Of a DNA stretch of 64,000 nt, positions 1 through 11,815 are shown piece by piece. Where the stretch lies: the NCBI GenBank assembly GCA_965202585.1, contig OZ241830.1, forward strand, positions 18,538,001 to 18,602,000, read 5' to 3'. Under the pieces are notes generated by a model. It saw only the letters and a program-made list of their open reading frames with translations. It was not told the DNA's origin and did no database searches. The position numbers and the translations under genes are program-made. The stretch comes from Thalia democratica. Taxonomy: Eukaryota. The first letter of the stretch is position 1; the number at the start of each line of letters is the position of its first letter.

Positions 1-375
1 GAAGTGATCGGGTTAGAAATGATCGTGTTAGAAGTGATCGGGTTAGAAATGATCGGGTTAGAAGTGATCGTGTTAGAAGTGATCGGGTTAGAAGTGATCG
101 GGTTAGAAATGATCGGGTTAGAAGTGATCGTGTTAGAAGTGATCGGGTTAGAAATGATCAGGTTAGAAGTAATCGGGTTAGAAGTGATCGGGTTACAAGT
201 GATCGGGTTAGAAATGATCGGGTTAGAAATGATCGGGTTAGAAGTGATCGGGTTAGAAATGATCGGGTTAGAAGTGATTGGGTTAGAAATAATCGGGTTA
301 GAAATGATCGGGTTAGAAATGATCGGGTTAGAAGTGATCGGGTTAGAAATGATCGGGTTAGAAATGATAGCGAGG
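1..375 (+). repeat. 15-bp tandem satellite, unit GAA(G/A)TGATCGGGTTA, ~25 units, truncated by the window start
   Basis: Direct reading of the near-perfect 15-mer array; each unit junction contains GGGTTAG. Confidence 0.97.
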
Positions 376-1170
376 TAGAAATGATAGTAAACCGAAAATA
401 GCATTGATTAAAACACTCAAAATAATGTATTTTATTTTGATTTGTTATAATCTTACTGTAATAGAATAATATTTTGTTAGTTTTCTAAATCATCTTAGTA
501 GGTCAACAGTTTTTTTCATCACCTTGTACTTTGTCAATATACAAAAACATGTTATCAAAGTATGCAAATGTTTCTGATTATCTTATAATTTTTTTTGAAG
601 TGTTTTCGATATTTAGTCCTCAGCGAACAAAAATTAGGAATCTAAACTAAAGTACATTAAATACAATTCTAACAACTAAACCATATTACGAATCACTACT
701 TTTGAAATTTTACTACACTTGTCTTACATTGTTGTTATTTAAACAAAACAACTTTTTTTGATTTATGCGTGTAAATTGTAATGTGTAGAGTTTTTATAAA
801 AACCTGCAACAAAAGTAATAGCTGTTATGTTTCTATTTTTAATCATATAGATTTTAAAGCAAAAGTAATGCAGGTTCCTTTTGTAATTTTATAACTACGA
901 CTTTTAAAATAACTAGATACGATTAAGAAAAAGAAATTCAATAGAGAAAAAATATACTGTGCAGGAAGGAAAGATTTAAGGTAATTTTAAATTAATTTGT
1001 ATTCTGTATCATTTTTAATCACACAATTTTTATGAATTAAAAACAAATCGTTTGTTACGTCAAATAATAATTTTGGTACAAAAAAATAACTAAAACTTTG
1101 TTTAGCATCATGATTCACAACAGTTGAAAGTACAACTTAAACTGCTTCTTTCTGTTGATATTTTCAACTT

Positions 1171-1599
1171 GTGTTCACTCACAAGTCAAGAAAGGACGTA
1201 CGAAAAAGGGACAAAAGGAAATCTCCTACATGGGGCTTTTACGAAGGTTACAGGGACAGGAAGCAAAAGTGGGGGGAAGACCCTCGACAGGTAATTAGCG
1301 TGATTGGATCCAACCGGCCGTTTCGAACCACTTTGAAAGTGATAATCGGTTGGAACTGCAGAACTTCGGGTTGAGAATAAGGATTTGAGCAGTATGTGAA
1401 GCCGAATGTTTGTGGTCGATGTTCGCCTCTGTTACACATTTTTTTTTACATTGTTGTGTTTTAAACAAAACTACTTTCTTTGTAATTACAAATTTTGATC
1501 GATAGTTTGATGTGCGGGGCTATTTCGTACGGAGGTACCTACTTAAGATGCGTCTCTGTAAACTCCATGGTGTTTATGAAGATAATATTTGTAAATTAA
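1171..1599 (+). pseudogene. Single-domain trypsin-like (S1) serine protease pseudogene, internally deleted
   Basis: Remnants YEGYRDRK, C-R-T-S-G-(stop) matching the C..SGW motif, and a C-terminal AISYGG...CVSVNSMVFMKI. Homologous to 50368-51070 on the minus strand. The His57 and GDSGG regions are missing. Confidence 0.7.
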
Positions 1600-2950
1600 A
1601 CTAGTTCCTGCTTTAACACTGATCGTAGGTCTCCCAAATTCTTGTTCAGTACAAACCCGATAACTATAAAGCAACGGTATAGCACTTGGGTTTAACATGA
1701 GAGAGCTGCACCTTTTTTTATCTAAAATACCTACTTTGCTTACTTGCAGAGGATTCTCGTACTCTGCAGTTTTAGTTTCACAATTATCTTTTCATCTAAA
1801 CACTTTGCAATCTTTCACATCGCTACCAGTAATCATTGTCAACTGCTTGTCAAACTCAGCTTGAAAATCAACTTTACTGAGGAGAATTACCAACGCAATG
1901 ATGTGCTTATCATACTTGTCATTTTGATAGTCTTCGTGTTGGCACAAATCATTTGAAATTTTCACTTGCAAGCTACCCCTGTTGTGCAACCAGGCTTTAC
2001 TCAAGATTTTTCGGGTCTTCTTGGAAATTGAACAGTCCTTCTGTGTGCTGCAAAGGAAAATTGTTAAAGCAACTCGCTGCAGTTTAAACCCATCTTTTGC
2101 TGAGGATGGCGCCTTAGCAAGCTATAATATAATGTTTTTTGTTGCTGAAATAAGAAGCGTGATAAAGAGGGTCCCCCACTCCCGCGTCAAATCCTCATTT
2201 CTTAATAAAAAAGTTTGGAGAAACTGTTCTCATTTTTTCATCAATCCGCTCTACGTAGGCCGAAGTCTTAGCTGCCACGCATGAATTTCCAATGCTACCG
2301 GTAGTTTTAATTTAAAACCTCCGCATAAAACTGTGCACCAAATTATCAAACTGATCACTTTTCGACTGCCTTCAAGCCACCGGACCTCCCGAGTCGCCTT
2401 TGCAGGAGCTCTGAAACTCGAAACTGGAGTTTGTGTCGGCAGAATTTTTTTCTAATTGTCGTCATTGAACGAGTTGTAATAGACTAAAATAATTACTTCT
2501 CCTGCAAAACATTCACTTGCTGCGTTCTTCCGTTCACCATCTCAACCCGAAGTCCTGCAGTTCCAACCAATCATCACTTTCAAAATGGTTCAAAACGGCT
2601 GATTGGATACAATCACGCTATTTTCCTGTCGAGGTATTCCATCTAACTTGTTTCCTGTCCCTGTAACGTTCGTTAAAACCCCCTAGAGTAAGCAAGTTTT
2701 CCGCTAGTGTCGTTGTTTTGTTTGTGGGCATACATGCTTCCCGCTGTGATCTTGTACACGTCCACGAAAATGTTTTTTTATTTCCAAGCAGTAAGATCCG
2801 CTCAACACCCAGCGCGTGTTCATCAGTTAAGCAAATCATTTAGTGTTTTAACTCGGCTCTTCAGACTTCTTACCGTATGGCGCTTCAGGTACACCTGGTA
2901 GGGAATATCCTTTTCTCGTGCGTCCTTTCTTGACTTGCGAGTGAACACAA
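1596..2950 (-). pseudogene. Double-domain S1 protease pseudogene (protease domain plus protease-homolog domain)
   Basis: Domain 1 remnants: IPYQVYLK, RWVLSGSYC, CRTSG*DG, CKGDSGGPVA. Domain 2 remnants: C.GA.LSKRW and HEDYQ...HIIALVIL (ORF 1792-2004). Many stops and frameshifts. Confidence 0.85.
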
Positions 2951-5054
2951 GTTGAAAATATCAACATAAAGAAGCAGCTTAACTTTCAAATGTTGTTAAT
3001 CATGAAGTTAAACAAAATTTTAGTTAGTTTTTTATACAAAATTACTATTTGACGTAAGAAACGAATAGTTTTCAACTAGTAAAAATTTTGTGACTAAAAA
3101 TAAAAACATAAAAACTATCACTTTTTTGGAAAGCTTTTATTAAAGTTGTAAATATCAAAATTTAAACACATAAATCGAAAAAAGTTGTTTTGTTTAAATA
3201 ACTAAAATAAAAGACATAACACATTTATAGTAAAACTTCTTTAATAGTGATTCGTAATATGATTTAGTTGTTAGAATTGTATTTGTATGTACTTTTGTTT
3301 GGATCGTAAGTTTTTGCTCGCTGGCGACTAAGTATCGAAACACTTCGAGAAAAAAGTACATACAATCACAACTCTAACAACCAAAACATATTACACAGAT
3401 AAATAATGGCTAAGCAAAAACACTTGCATATTTTTAGAATATTTTTTTTCGAATATTGACATAGTACGAAATGTAAAATAATATTGACACACTAAGCGAA
3501 TTAAAAAATATAATTTTGGGACAGTAAGATTGTAACCAATCGAAAAAAAAAAACATTGAAGCCTTTTAAAAATGAGGGACAGTAAAAAGATATAAAGAAC
3601 ACGTAAATTGTCTTTTTGAAAAATTTTGTACTTCTTTTTCTTTACAGCTTTTAGAATAACAGAGCACACTAGTTAAAATTAACTCTTAACATTAGTATAA
3701 AATGAAGCCCTTCGAGGTAAATAATGATTGAAAATTTTTTGTTAAACACCTTCGATTGGCTGATAATGATGAAAAGTTTTCTTTATCAAATTTTGCGACT
3801 TTCGTTGTTATAAGATTTTTTTATAGTTTTTACATAGTTTTTTACAAAAAAATATTATAAACATACGTCATTTTCGATGTAGGTTTTAAAACATTAACTA
3901 AACTTTAATTGATATTAAACATTTTGAAAACAGTTATGAACTTTTAGTAAAACATCTTAAATGAAAACCATGTTAAATCGTTTTTTATTTTGTTTATTCC
4001 AGTATTTTTCGGGGTTGTACAGGAAACAGGAAACCAGTCAAAACACGCCTCTAGCCTTAAAATGTTTTTAAGACAACTTCTTTTGTAGAAAATCCTGCAT
4101 ATTTAGAATATTCTTCTAAATATTTATAAATAAATTTGTAACTCATATACTTAACTTGTTGATAAATTAGATACGAGATAAATTTTGAAAAACTTAAACT
4201 GTTTACATACACGTCTACAGCAAATTTTTATTAAAAGAAAATATTGTTTAGTGCTTAACTTGCAGACGACATAAAAAAAGTTTTAATAAATTTAAATATA
4301 GCGGGAGTGAGTTTTAGAAATTAAAGAAAATTAGACAACATTTTTTTCTACAATTATGAAACTAAAAAAATTGAACGCTGTATTCAAAAGAATGTCTGAT
4401 GGTACTTATTCCAAAAAAAAAGTTTGGATAAACAATGAGATGGCGCAAACTCTAGACCCCCCCCTTGGAACCTCGTGTAAGATCACATAAATGCTCTGAA
4501 CGGGTAATTATATAAATTTAAAATTTGTAATGACATTAGTGAAAATAATGTAATGAAAAATTTCGTTTCAAGATTTGATCAGCTTATAATGTAAACTTCG
4601 TAAAAGTTTAAACAAACAGGGAGCTATTTTTTCTTCATATCACCACACATATAAATGGACAAGTAAGACTCATGAGGTCCGTTGATTTGTAAAGTTAACC
4701 TAGAATTAGCTTTTTATAAAGTTTATAAAAGTAAACTATTAAGGTGAACAAACGAAATAAACACGACCGACTAGTTATAGTATTATTGGAGGAAAAATTT
4801 GTTTTTATTTGTCTTTTTAAATTTTTTCATTGCCTACACACAAACTATATTTGCGCATAAGCTAAAATCATTGTTCACCTTAAATTCTTTTACTTTATAT
4901 TGATAATAGTTAGGTATGATTTTAAACTAAATATTTTTTTAGATTAGTGATCTACCGGAATCGCATTAAAAAAACGTAGATAAGACTTGGTCTGCACAAT
5001 TGTAACTATTTAGATTATATTACAAATTTAAAATTATACAAAAAATTTATTTAG

Positions 5055-6285
5055 ACCTGGGATATGAGAACTACGTCCTATAGGCGGGGCTTAACAGAAA
5101 ACGTATTTTTTTAGCTTAAAACAAATCGTGAAACTAATTAAAGTCTAAAACTTTTATAGTTTTAATAGTTAAATTAATTTCCACAAGTTATTTGTATTTG
5201 TTATTTAATTTCAGTAAATATACTAAAGTTTTTTGATAAAACTTGAGTAATTTGTTTTGAGTTTAAACATAAATTGTTTGGTAAAATATGACCTTAAAAA
5301 ACAATTGGCATGCCGTTTACTTAAAAAAATATCAAATGATAAAAAACAATTGGTGCTAATTGATAATGAAAAAAAAACCTTCTTGTCAGTAAACTGCTGC
5401 CTAAATAATGTTTATTTTATTTATTATTCGCTGTTGTATTTAAAATTCATTTTAAAACTAAACTTTTCAAAACATCGTGGCCCGCGAATAGCCTTTTATA
5501 ATATATATGGTGAATTTGGTTGTTCTTCATAAAATCTCATTGACCCTGCTCTGTAAGAACAAAAGATTGATAAACAACTACTGCACTTGTCTTTTCTTTG
5601 TAAACATCAAATAGAAAAGTAAAATTAAATTTTAATAACAGCTAACAATATGCAGACAAAACAGTAACCACCATTGGTTGATTTAATTAAATAGGTCTGA
5701 TCAAACTTACTGGCTCCGTTGTTAGTTTTTTTGAAATAATGTAACTATTAAGTTTTGAATTTAGATTTTTGACCTTTAATTCAAATAACTTATTTACTAT
5801 AAAATAAATTTTAACCACTTTCTTGCTTTTATTGCATATTTTATTGTTTGATAAAAATAGTATCAATATAAATAAATCCAATTTAACGATAAAATCGAAT
5901 CTATTTTTGCAACGATGATGGCTATAACTGAAAAATGCAGAACGAAAACTAGCAACCCGCCAACATCAAGAATATCTAAATAGAATCTAGCTTGAGAGAA
6001 ATATAAGTGCGGCCCGCTAGCTTGTAAATCTGGCCCGCCAAACCAAATTTTGAAACTTATTCTTAATATTTTGATAGTTAAAATAAAGAGAATAAAAACA
6101 AGTTTAAGTAAAACTTGTAAAAAATTTAAAATTTATTTCAGATATAAAATAGAATGGTGATCTAAAATTATCATTTGTCGCTGAATAACTGAGTAATTTT
6201 TGTGAATGCAACTTAAACGCTTTAGAATATACACAAATTAATTTTTCCACACCTAGCTCGCCGACTAAAATCGTTGCCCATTATT
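5055..6285. mobile_element. Old hAT (Charlie-like) non-autonomous element remnant
   Basis: GGCCCGC subterminal motifs at ~5480 and ~6010-6040. The paralog in B has clearer ends (CAGGGGTA... and ...GTTGCCAACCCCT). Ends are approximate and no TSD is recognisable. Confidence 0.45.
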
Positions 6286-7236
6286 TACATACAGGATAGT
6301 TTTAAAGTAGTCGTAACTTGTACTATTAATATCAATCATTACGTTTCTTTTCAAGAAGTTACTGGTTTATTATATAAAAATTTGCTTTCTATTGATAAAG
6401 TTTCAAATTTTTCTCATTTTTAGTATGTAGTATGATAACTCTTAAATGAAAAGATAGTTATACTAAATGTTACACTAGAGTTTTACACAAACTATTTTTT
6501 AAGCACTAAAATAAATATATTCGCAGTAAACATATAACCAAAATTACTTGATTTAAAAATTTTTATTAATCTTTTTAACACTCAGTCAACTCAGGTGCAA
6601 ATACTTCCTTATATTATTTTTATAATGACATGTGCATTTGTTCAACTTGGAATACAAAGCACTATAAGAAATTATTTTTCTTTCAATAAATGCGGTAGGT
6701 AGTTTATTTTTTAGAAGGGTTATTTACACATACTTGGATGAAATTAAAACAAGTTGCTTGGTTTGAAATTTTAGACAGTAAAAACAAACAAAAAAAAAGA
6801 AACTAAATGAACGTACACATAGTAAAATAAACCATTAAGTCAATTTAATATGTGTAGGACATTGTAATGGAATAACACTTACTGTGTTAATTTTTAGCGT
6901 TATATGGATATTTTATTCAAAAAAGTTATTTTCATTCTAAGATAAAGGTTTTTCGTTTGAAAAAAAAATTATTGAAACAAAAATAATTGTGTTGTACACA
7001 AACACCTTTATTAAAACAAGAAAATTCTGCTTCGTCAATCACTTCAATTTGTTTATAGTTAATAAAGATAGTATACTTGCTGAAACAAAGTAATATTGCT
7101 AATTGTGAAAATAAAGTTAAAACAGTACAAACTTTTATTTAAAGCTAAAAAATTTTAAACTTTTTTGAAAACAACGTTGGAACTAAAAGTTATTAAATAG
7201 TATACAACTAGCAGATATTTATGAAATGAGCGGAAT

Positions 7237-8144
7237 TCATAAAGTTTCACAGCAAGAAAAATCAGCCAATTTTAAAGGCAAACTCGGACCTCTTCTCCAT
7301 TCATCTCTTTCAATATCGTATATCTCAACTTCATCTGTAGGAGTGTCGTAATCTAAACTACATCCCCCAATCACATACAAACTTGAATTTACAACGCAGC
7401 ATCCAAAACTAATACGTGGAATATTCATTGAAGCAACAAAACTAAACTGATTGGTTTCGTTTGAATAAACTTCAACAGAAGCTAAAAAGGAGTCTTTGTT
7501 GTCGCCACCAACAATAAAGAGTTTTCTGTGGTAAGCAACAGTGCTATGTCCAGATCGTTCAGTTAGGAGCCTCAAATTTCTTGTTTTCCATTTGTTTTGT
7601 GTAATATCGAATGTCTTGATACTGTCCAGCCATGTATCTGTGTCATTTGAATCGTTAAAACCGCCAATAGCCCAGACTTTTCCTTGAAAATAAGTCAGAG
7701 TAAATTCGCTTCTTTTAGTGTTCATACTAGAAACTTCAGTCCATTCACAAGTTTCAAAACTGTAGACTTCGCATTTGTCTAAATCTTCAGAAGAGTTTTT
7801 ATACCCTCCTCCGACAAAAACACATTCTGCTAAAGAACACATTCCAAAGCTTAGCCGTTTGTTGTGCATGAAAGGAAACGTTTTTGTAGCTAATTCCTCG
7901 TTAAGAGATATGGTCTCATTTTCAGCTGATTCAACGTAGTCTGATCCATTATATCCGCCTATCAAATACATTTGATCTCCTTTTATTGTGGATTGATGGC
8001 GACGTCTACGTGTACCGAAAGTTTTAAATTGATTTCATTTACCAATTTTTGTGTCAATTTTTAAAACACAGTTTTCGTAAGTTGTCTCATCTGATTTTCC
8101 TCCGCTAATGTATATATAATTTTTAACTTCATTGTTTTCTGCAC
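7237..8144 (-). pseudogene. Copy A exon 3: six Kelch repeats of the RING-coiled-coil-Kelch gene, with a premature TGA
   Basis: Six GG motifs (YISGG, YLIGG, FVGGG, WAIGG, FIVGG, YVIGG). Acceptor ttttttag|GTGCA at 8145/8144. TGG>TGA at 8035-8037, where B and C have Trp. Confidence 0.9.
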
Positions 8145-8455
8145 CTAAAAAATAAAATGAAGTATACAACAGTTAAGCAAGTCTTTATAAACACCGAATA
8201 AAAACCTACAATTAAAAAGAAAACATCGATATTAGACATCAGATCTAGAGCCTTGACTATAATTTATCGTAAAATACTAAAAATTAACTAAAAACAAAAT
8301 TATCAGGCGAAAGCTATTAGTAATTAAAACAAAATCTGCATCTGCTGAGAGCTTTGGTTTGATGATTAAAGTTTTAAGTTGCAACAAAAGAACACAATCT
8401 TAGGTATTAAAAAGTTGTAAAAATTCTATAAATAAAGAAAATTTTATTATTGTAC

Positions 8456-8916
8456 CATTAATTGAATAGCAGTTTGTGGTCTGAACATCGTTAATACTAT
8501 CATCTGATTTTTCGGCTGCGTTTCTTGATAACATTTTAATATTAGTTTTTATCCGTTTTGTAGTTTTTAAATCAGCCAACAAATCGTTATTTTCTGACTT
8601 TAAATTTTTGTAATCTTTTTTCAAGCACTCTGCTTTGTTTTGCGCCTGTCTGAGCGAATTTTCCAAAATTTCAATGTATTTAGTTACTACTTTGTTGTTT
8701 TCCTGCAATGCCTTGTTTTCAACTTCAAGTTCGACAGATTTCATCAATATTAAATCACTCATTTTTCATTGATTACGTGTAGTTCTTTCATATTGTTTTC
8801 AACTGTATTTGAAAGCCCTTCATGCAGTAAATTTTTATTCAACCATATTTTCATGTTGTAATCTAAAGTCTTCTTATTTCCACTAAAAACTTCATTTACT
8901 TTTTCATTGGCAGTCC
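8456..8916 (-). pseudogene. Copy A exon 2: coiled-coil region, frameshifted
   Basis: ORFs 8759-8962 and 8400-8762 join into the intact B/C exon once a 1-nt deletion in an A-run near 8760 is corrected. Splice sites ttttgaag|GG and AATG|gtacaa are phase 1. Confidence 0.85.
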
Positions 8917-9677
8917 CTTCAAAAAATTCTGATTTTAAAGATAAAATAAAACTAAAAACCATAACAAAATTAATTTAAAATATTTATACTGAAAACTATT
9001 TCTACTCGACAAAACTAATATTTAAATTTTTATAACGATTTCTAATCAATAACTACTGAACTTTAAGACTCGCTAACAAAAATAAACTTTATATATTTTA
9101 AATAAGGAATCGACAGTTTCCAGGTGTTGTTTAAATAAATTTCAACTTGTTGAAAACAATTAAGGTAATTTAAAGTATCTTATGCTATTTTCGATTAAAT
9201 ATGCGTTTAAAATACAAACTTATAATTAAAAACAAGGCGATGCATCTCAAAAAGTATGTTATAAAACAATATTCGGATGTAGGCATAATTAAATAGACTC
9301 TATTAGTAAAAAAGAAGAGAAAATTAATAAAAAAAAACATTTCAAAGTTACATATTAATTTTTTTTTTTAGTTTAAAAAAATACAATAATAAATAATTTA
9401 ACAAAAGTATTGAAAAAAACAATTACTAAATTTTGAAGAATTAGAATTAGTTTTTAGAACAAAAATTGTCAAATTACTAATTGTCAGAACTAAATAAGTA
9501 GTGCACCTATAAAATTAAATCCTAGTGCGTGTTCTATAAATATAAATTTTTAATTTATTAACAAATTAAACAAGTAATATGATTAATTAGTTTACAACTT
9601 CATAAAATTTGTTACAGAGTGTTAAATAAAGAATGTTTAAGTTAGTAGTCTTAAGAATAGAAAAAAACATAAGAATT

Positions 9678-10314
9678 TGTAACCGTCATCAATTGCGTTG
9701 ATGTTAGGTTGTTAGCTGCTCTTAAATAAGATAACAAGAAACGGTTATTTAAAGTATTACAGACGTTCGGATGGAACGCAGGCTTAATTTGATATACTAG
9801 TACTTACCATGAAAATAATAATATAAAAACTAGTTATTAGTGCACGTGATTTTATATACAACATTAATAAACACATCGTGAAATAAGTGAAAGAAAAGAA
9901 ATTAAAACCAATTACTTCTGATAAGAGCCCAGTAGGCACATATACTAACTACTAAACATTTTGTTGAAATGTACAGAAAGTAGACTGGACGATAAAGTAT
10001 TCTATCCACATTCTATCAATAAAACCCTTCTCGATTGTTCATCATACGATTCGCAATCCTGTCGTCAACACGTAGTTTTGTGCGTTCTCTCCCCCGGTAG
10101 TAATACGCCGACTCGCGTCTCTCCCGTCACTAATCCGCCTACTCGCGTCTGCAAGCTAAGTTTTAAACTCTTTCTCTCAAATTTACTTCACGCTTCTTTT
10201 TCTCATTTTCTATTCTCAATACTAGTTGTGACGTCACTGAAAACATTGAAATTCTTTAACTTTAACTCTTCTGAAATAAAACGAAACATAAAATGTAATG
10301 ATTGGTTCGTTACA
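9678..10314 (-). repeat. 3' LTR (637 bp)
   Basis: TG...CA ends; appears identical to 16469-17107 except in the first ~37 bp. Confidence 0.92.
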
Positions 10315-10335
10315 TTTTCTTTTGCTTAAATTTTT
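10315..10335 (-). other. Polypurine-tract-like sequence adjoining the 3' LTR
   Basis: Minus strand reads ...AAGCAAAAGAAAA immediately before TGTAAC. Confidence 0.55.
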
Positions 10336-11039
10336 TTTTCTTTTTTTCTTGCTTTTTTTTTTATTTTTCTAAATCTGGTCTCTTACCTTACCTCTCTATT
10401 TTGTCTTCATTTTAAGATTTTTTTTTTTCTATTTCTGTCTAGTATCAGTTTCTATCAACATTTTTATACTTAAGATTGTTATATCAACATTACCTTTTAA
10501 TGTATCAATAATCATTTACGTCTACCATTTAGTACCTGTACCCACAAACTCCTTCCGAAACCATTGGTAGAATAAAAAAAAGAAAAAAAGATAAAAATAC
10601 AAGTAAATAGAAAAAATTTTGTACATAAGTTAATTATTTAACAAGAATATGGTATTTTAATTACATGTGTATATACTTTTCTTAATTAAAATTAATTAAT
10701 TAAGTCAGTAATTCATAAAAAAAACTATAAACTTGGTGTTTTAAAAATTATAAACATAGACAATCATTGTTTAACATACATATTTACAATTATTTTTTTT
10801 ATTTGCCTGTTTGCAGAGCAGGAGTTATGTAAGTAAAAGTGTATGTAGAATTAAAAATCTTATTTTGAGCTAATTAAATCTTAAAAAAAACTGATGTTTA
10901 TGTTACTTTGAAAATTGAATGTTATTTAAAGTTAAGTAATTAAAAAAATTACATAAAAAAACTTATAACAAAACCTTAATATTGTTTTTCTTAATTTTTT
11001 TGATGCAATAAACTCAATGTAAGTTTTTTTTTTTGTGAA

Positions 11040-11815
11040 TTCCTCGTCAACTTCTTCGTTTCCACCCATCATCTTCCATATCAACTTATTCGTCCACACA
11101 TCATCTTCCATATCAACTTATTCGTCTCCACACATCTTCCATGTCAACTTATTCGTCTCCACACATCATCTTCCATGTCAACTTATTCGTCTCCACACAT
11201 CTTCCATGTCAACTTATTCGTCTCCACACATCATCTTCCATGTCAACTTATTCGTCTCCACACATCTTCCATGTCAACTTATTCGTCTCCACACATCTTC
11301 CATGTCAACTTATTCGTCTCCACACATCTTCCATATCAACTTATTCGTCTCCACACATCTTCCATGTCAACTTATTCGTCACCACACATCTTCCATGTCA
11401 ACTTATTCGTCTCCACACATCTTCCATATCAACTTATTCGTCTCCACACATCTTCCATATCAACTTATTCGTCTCCACACATCTTCCATGTCAACTTATT
11501 CGTCTCCACACATCTTCCATGTCTATTTATTCGTCTTCACACATCTTCCATGTCAACTTATTCGTCTCCACACATCTTCCATATCAACTTATTCGTCTCC
11601 ACACATCTTCCATGTCAACTTATTCGTCACCACACATCTTCCATGTCAACTTATTCGTCTCCACACATCTTCCATATCAACTTATTCGTCTCCACACATC
11701 TTCCATGTCAACTTCTTTGTCTCAACACATCATCTTCCATATCAACTTTTTCGTCTCCACACATCTTCCATGTCAACTTCTTTGTCTCCACACATCATCT
11801 TCCATCTCAACTTCT
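11040..11815. repeat. 31-bp minisatellite (TCTTCCATGTCAACTTATTCGTCTCCACACA, some units +TCA), ~25 units, inside the LTR element
   Basis: Direct reading; explains the three overlapping repetitive ORFs. Confidence 0.95.

Noticed and set aside
1-375. True telomere
   Set aside because: Not a (TTAGGG)n array, and the strand orientation is wrong for a left chromosome end.
4-378. 124-aa (M/V)IGLE-repeat ORF
   Set aside because: It is the translation of a 15-bp satellite; an open frame is expected when the unit is a multiple of 3 and lacks stops.
4436-4450. CTCF/YY1-like GAGATGGCGC motif (also ~28630)
   Set aside because: Short partial match with no supporting evidence.
9915-9945. Possible hammerhead ribozyme core (CTGATAAG AGCCC AGTA GGC) suggesting a Penelope-type pseudo-LTR
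   Set aside because: It lacks the CUGANGA consensus and the downstream GAAA; TG...CA ends with a PBS fit a true LTR better.
9961-10329. Duplicated 122/121-aa ORF (also 16754-17119)
   Set aside because: It lies inside the two LTRs, has a non-ATG start and no recognisable motif; the identity reflects LTR identity.
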